Origin: a virus
Strand: one strand, 5' to 3'
Virus record (IMG/VR): IMGVR_UViG_3300037722_000354
Coordinates: 1-56,713 of that record
DNA length: 56,713 nt
Below, piece by piece: positions 56,702 to 56,713 of this stretch. The translations under genes and the position numbers were made by a program. Position 1 is the stretch's first letter. Each line of letters starts with the position of its first letter. Under the pieces are notes generated by a model, which was not told the DNA's origin, did no database searches, and saw only the letters and a program-made list of their open reading frames with translations.

Positions 56702-56713
56702 CCGAAATGCCCC
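56587..56713. repeat. 127-bp terminal direct repeat, copy 2
   Basis: Identical to bases 1-127. Confidence 0.9.

Noticed and set aside
1-56713. Scan for tRNA or rRNA genes, CRISPR arrays, transposases/IS elements, reverse transcriptase (DGR or retron) and toxin-antitoxin pairs.
   Set aside because: None was recognised. There are no regularly spaced direct repeats, no T-loop/acceptor-like tRNA signatures in intergenic regions, and no DDE or RT motifs in any long ORF. A by-eye scan is not exhaustive.

Overview
The window is a complete, circularly closed phage genome. The first and last 127 bp are identical, so the unique length is 56,586 bp. Gene content suggests a temperate podovirus-like phage of an alphaproteobacterium: GcrA homologues, a DUF1376 protein and a GH108 lysin. 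Coordinates 46.7 kb down to 3.6 kb form one almost uninterrupted minus-strand array. In order it holds a cro-like gene, early genes, a GcrA-like pair, DUF1376 plus primase-helicase, a NusG-like factor, terS, a roughly 9-kb sugar-biosynthesis block and terL. These are followed by a T7-type virion module (portal, scaffold, capsid, tail tubular A and B, three internal virion proteins of 209, 694 and 1316 aa), two tail-fibre paralogues and a multi-enzyme lysis cassette. The plus strand (46.8 to 56.7 kb, wrapping to 0.1 to 3.6 kb) carries a CI-like repressor with a linked membrane protein, about 25 small early genes including an SSB-like protein and an HNH-like nuclease, and the integrase. After the integrase comes an integrase-N-terminus/nuclease-like fusion ORF and a low-GC moron island with a SLOG/DUF2493 protein. 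The immunity region is lambda-like: two near-identical promoters each embed a 17-bp GTNACC-N5-GGTNAC operator. The most unusual feature is a translationally coupled pathway for a modified pseudaminic acid. It has PseB/C/H/I/F-like enzymes, an amidotransferase, a HisF-like protein, two methylases and a PhyH dioxygenase, all wedged between terS and terL. Next to it lie a possible Maf/GT42-like transferase and Ser/Thr-rich small proteins, which suggests a phage-encoded nonulosonic-acid glycosylation system expressed with the virion genes. No tRNA, rRNA, CRISPR array or transposase was recognised. All functional calls come from reading motifs by eye, with no database searches run.
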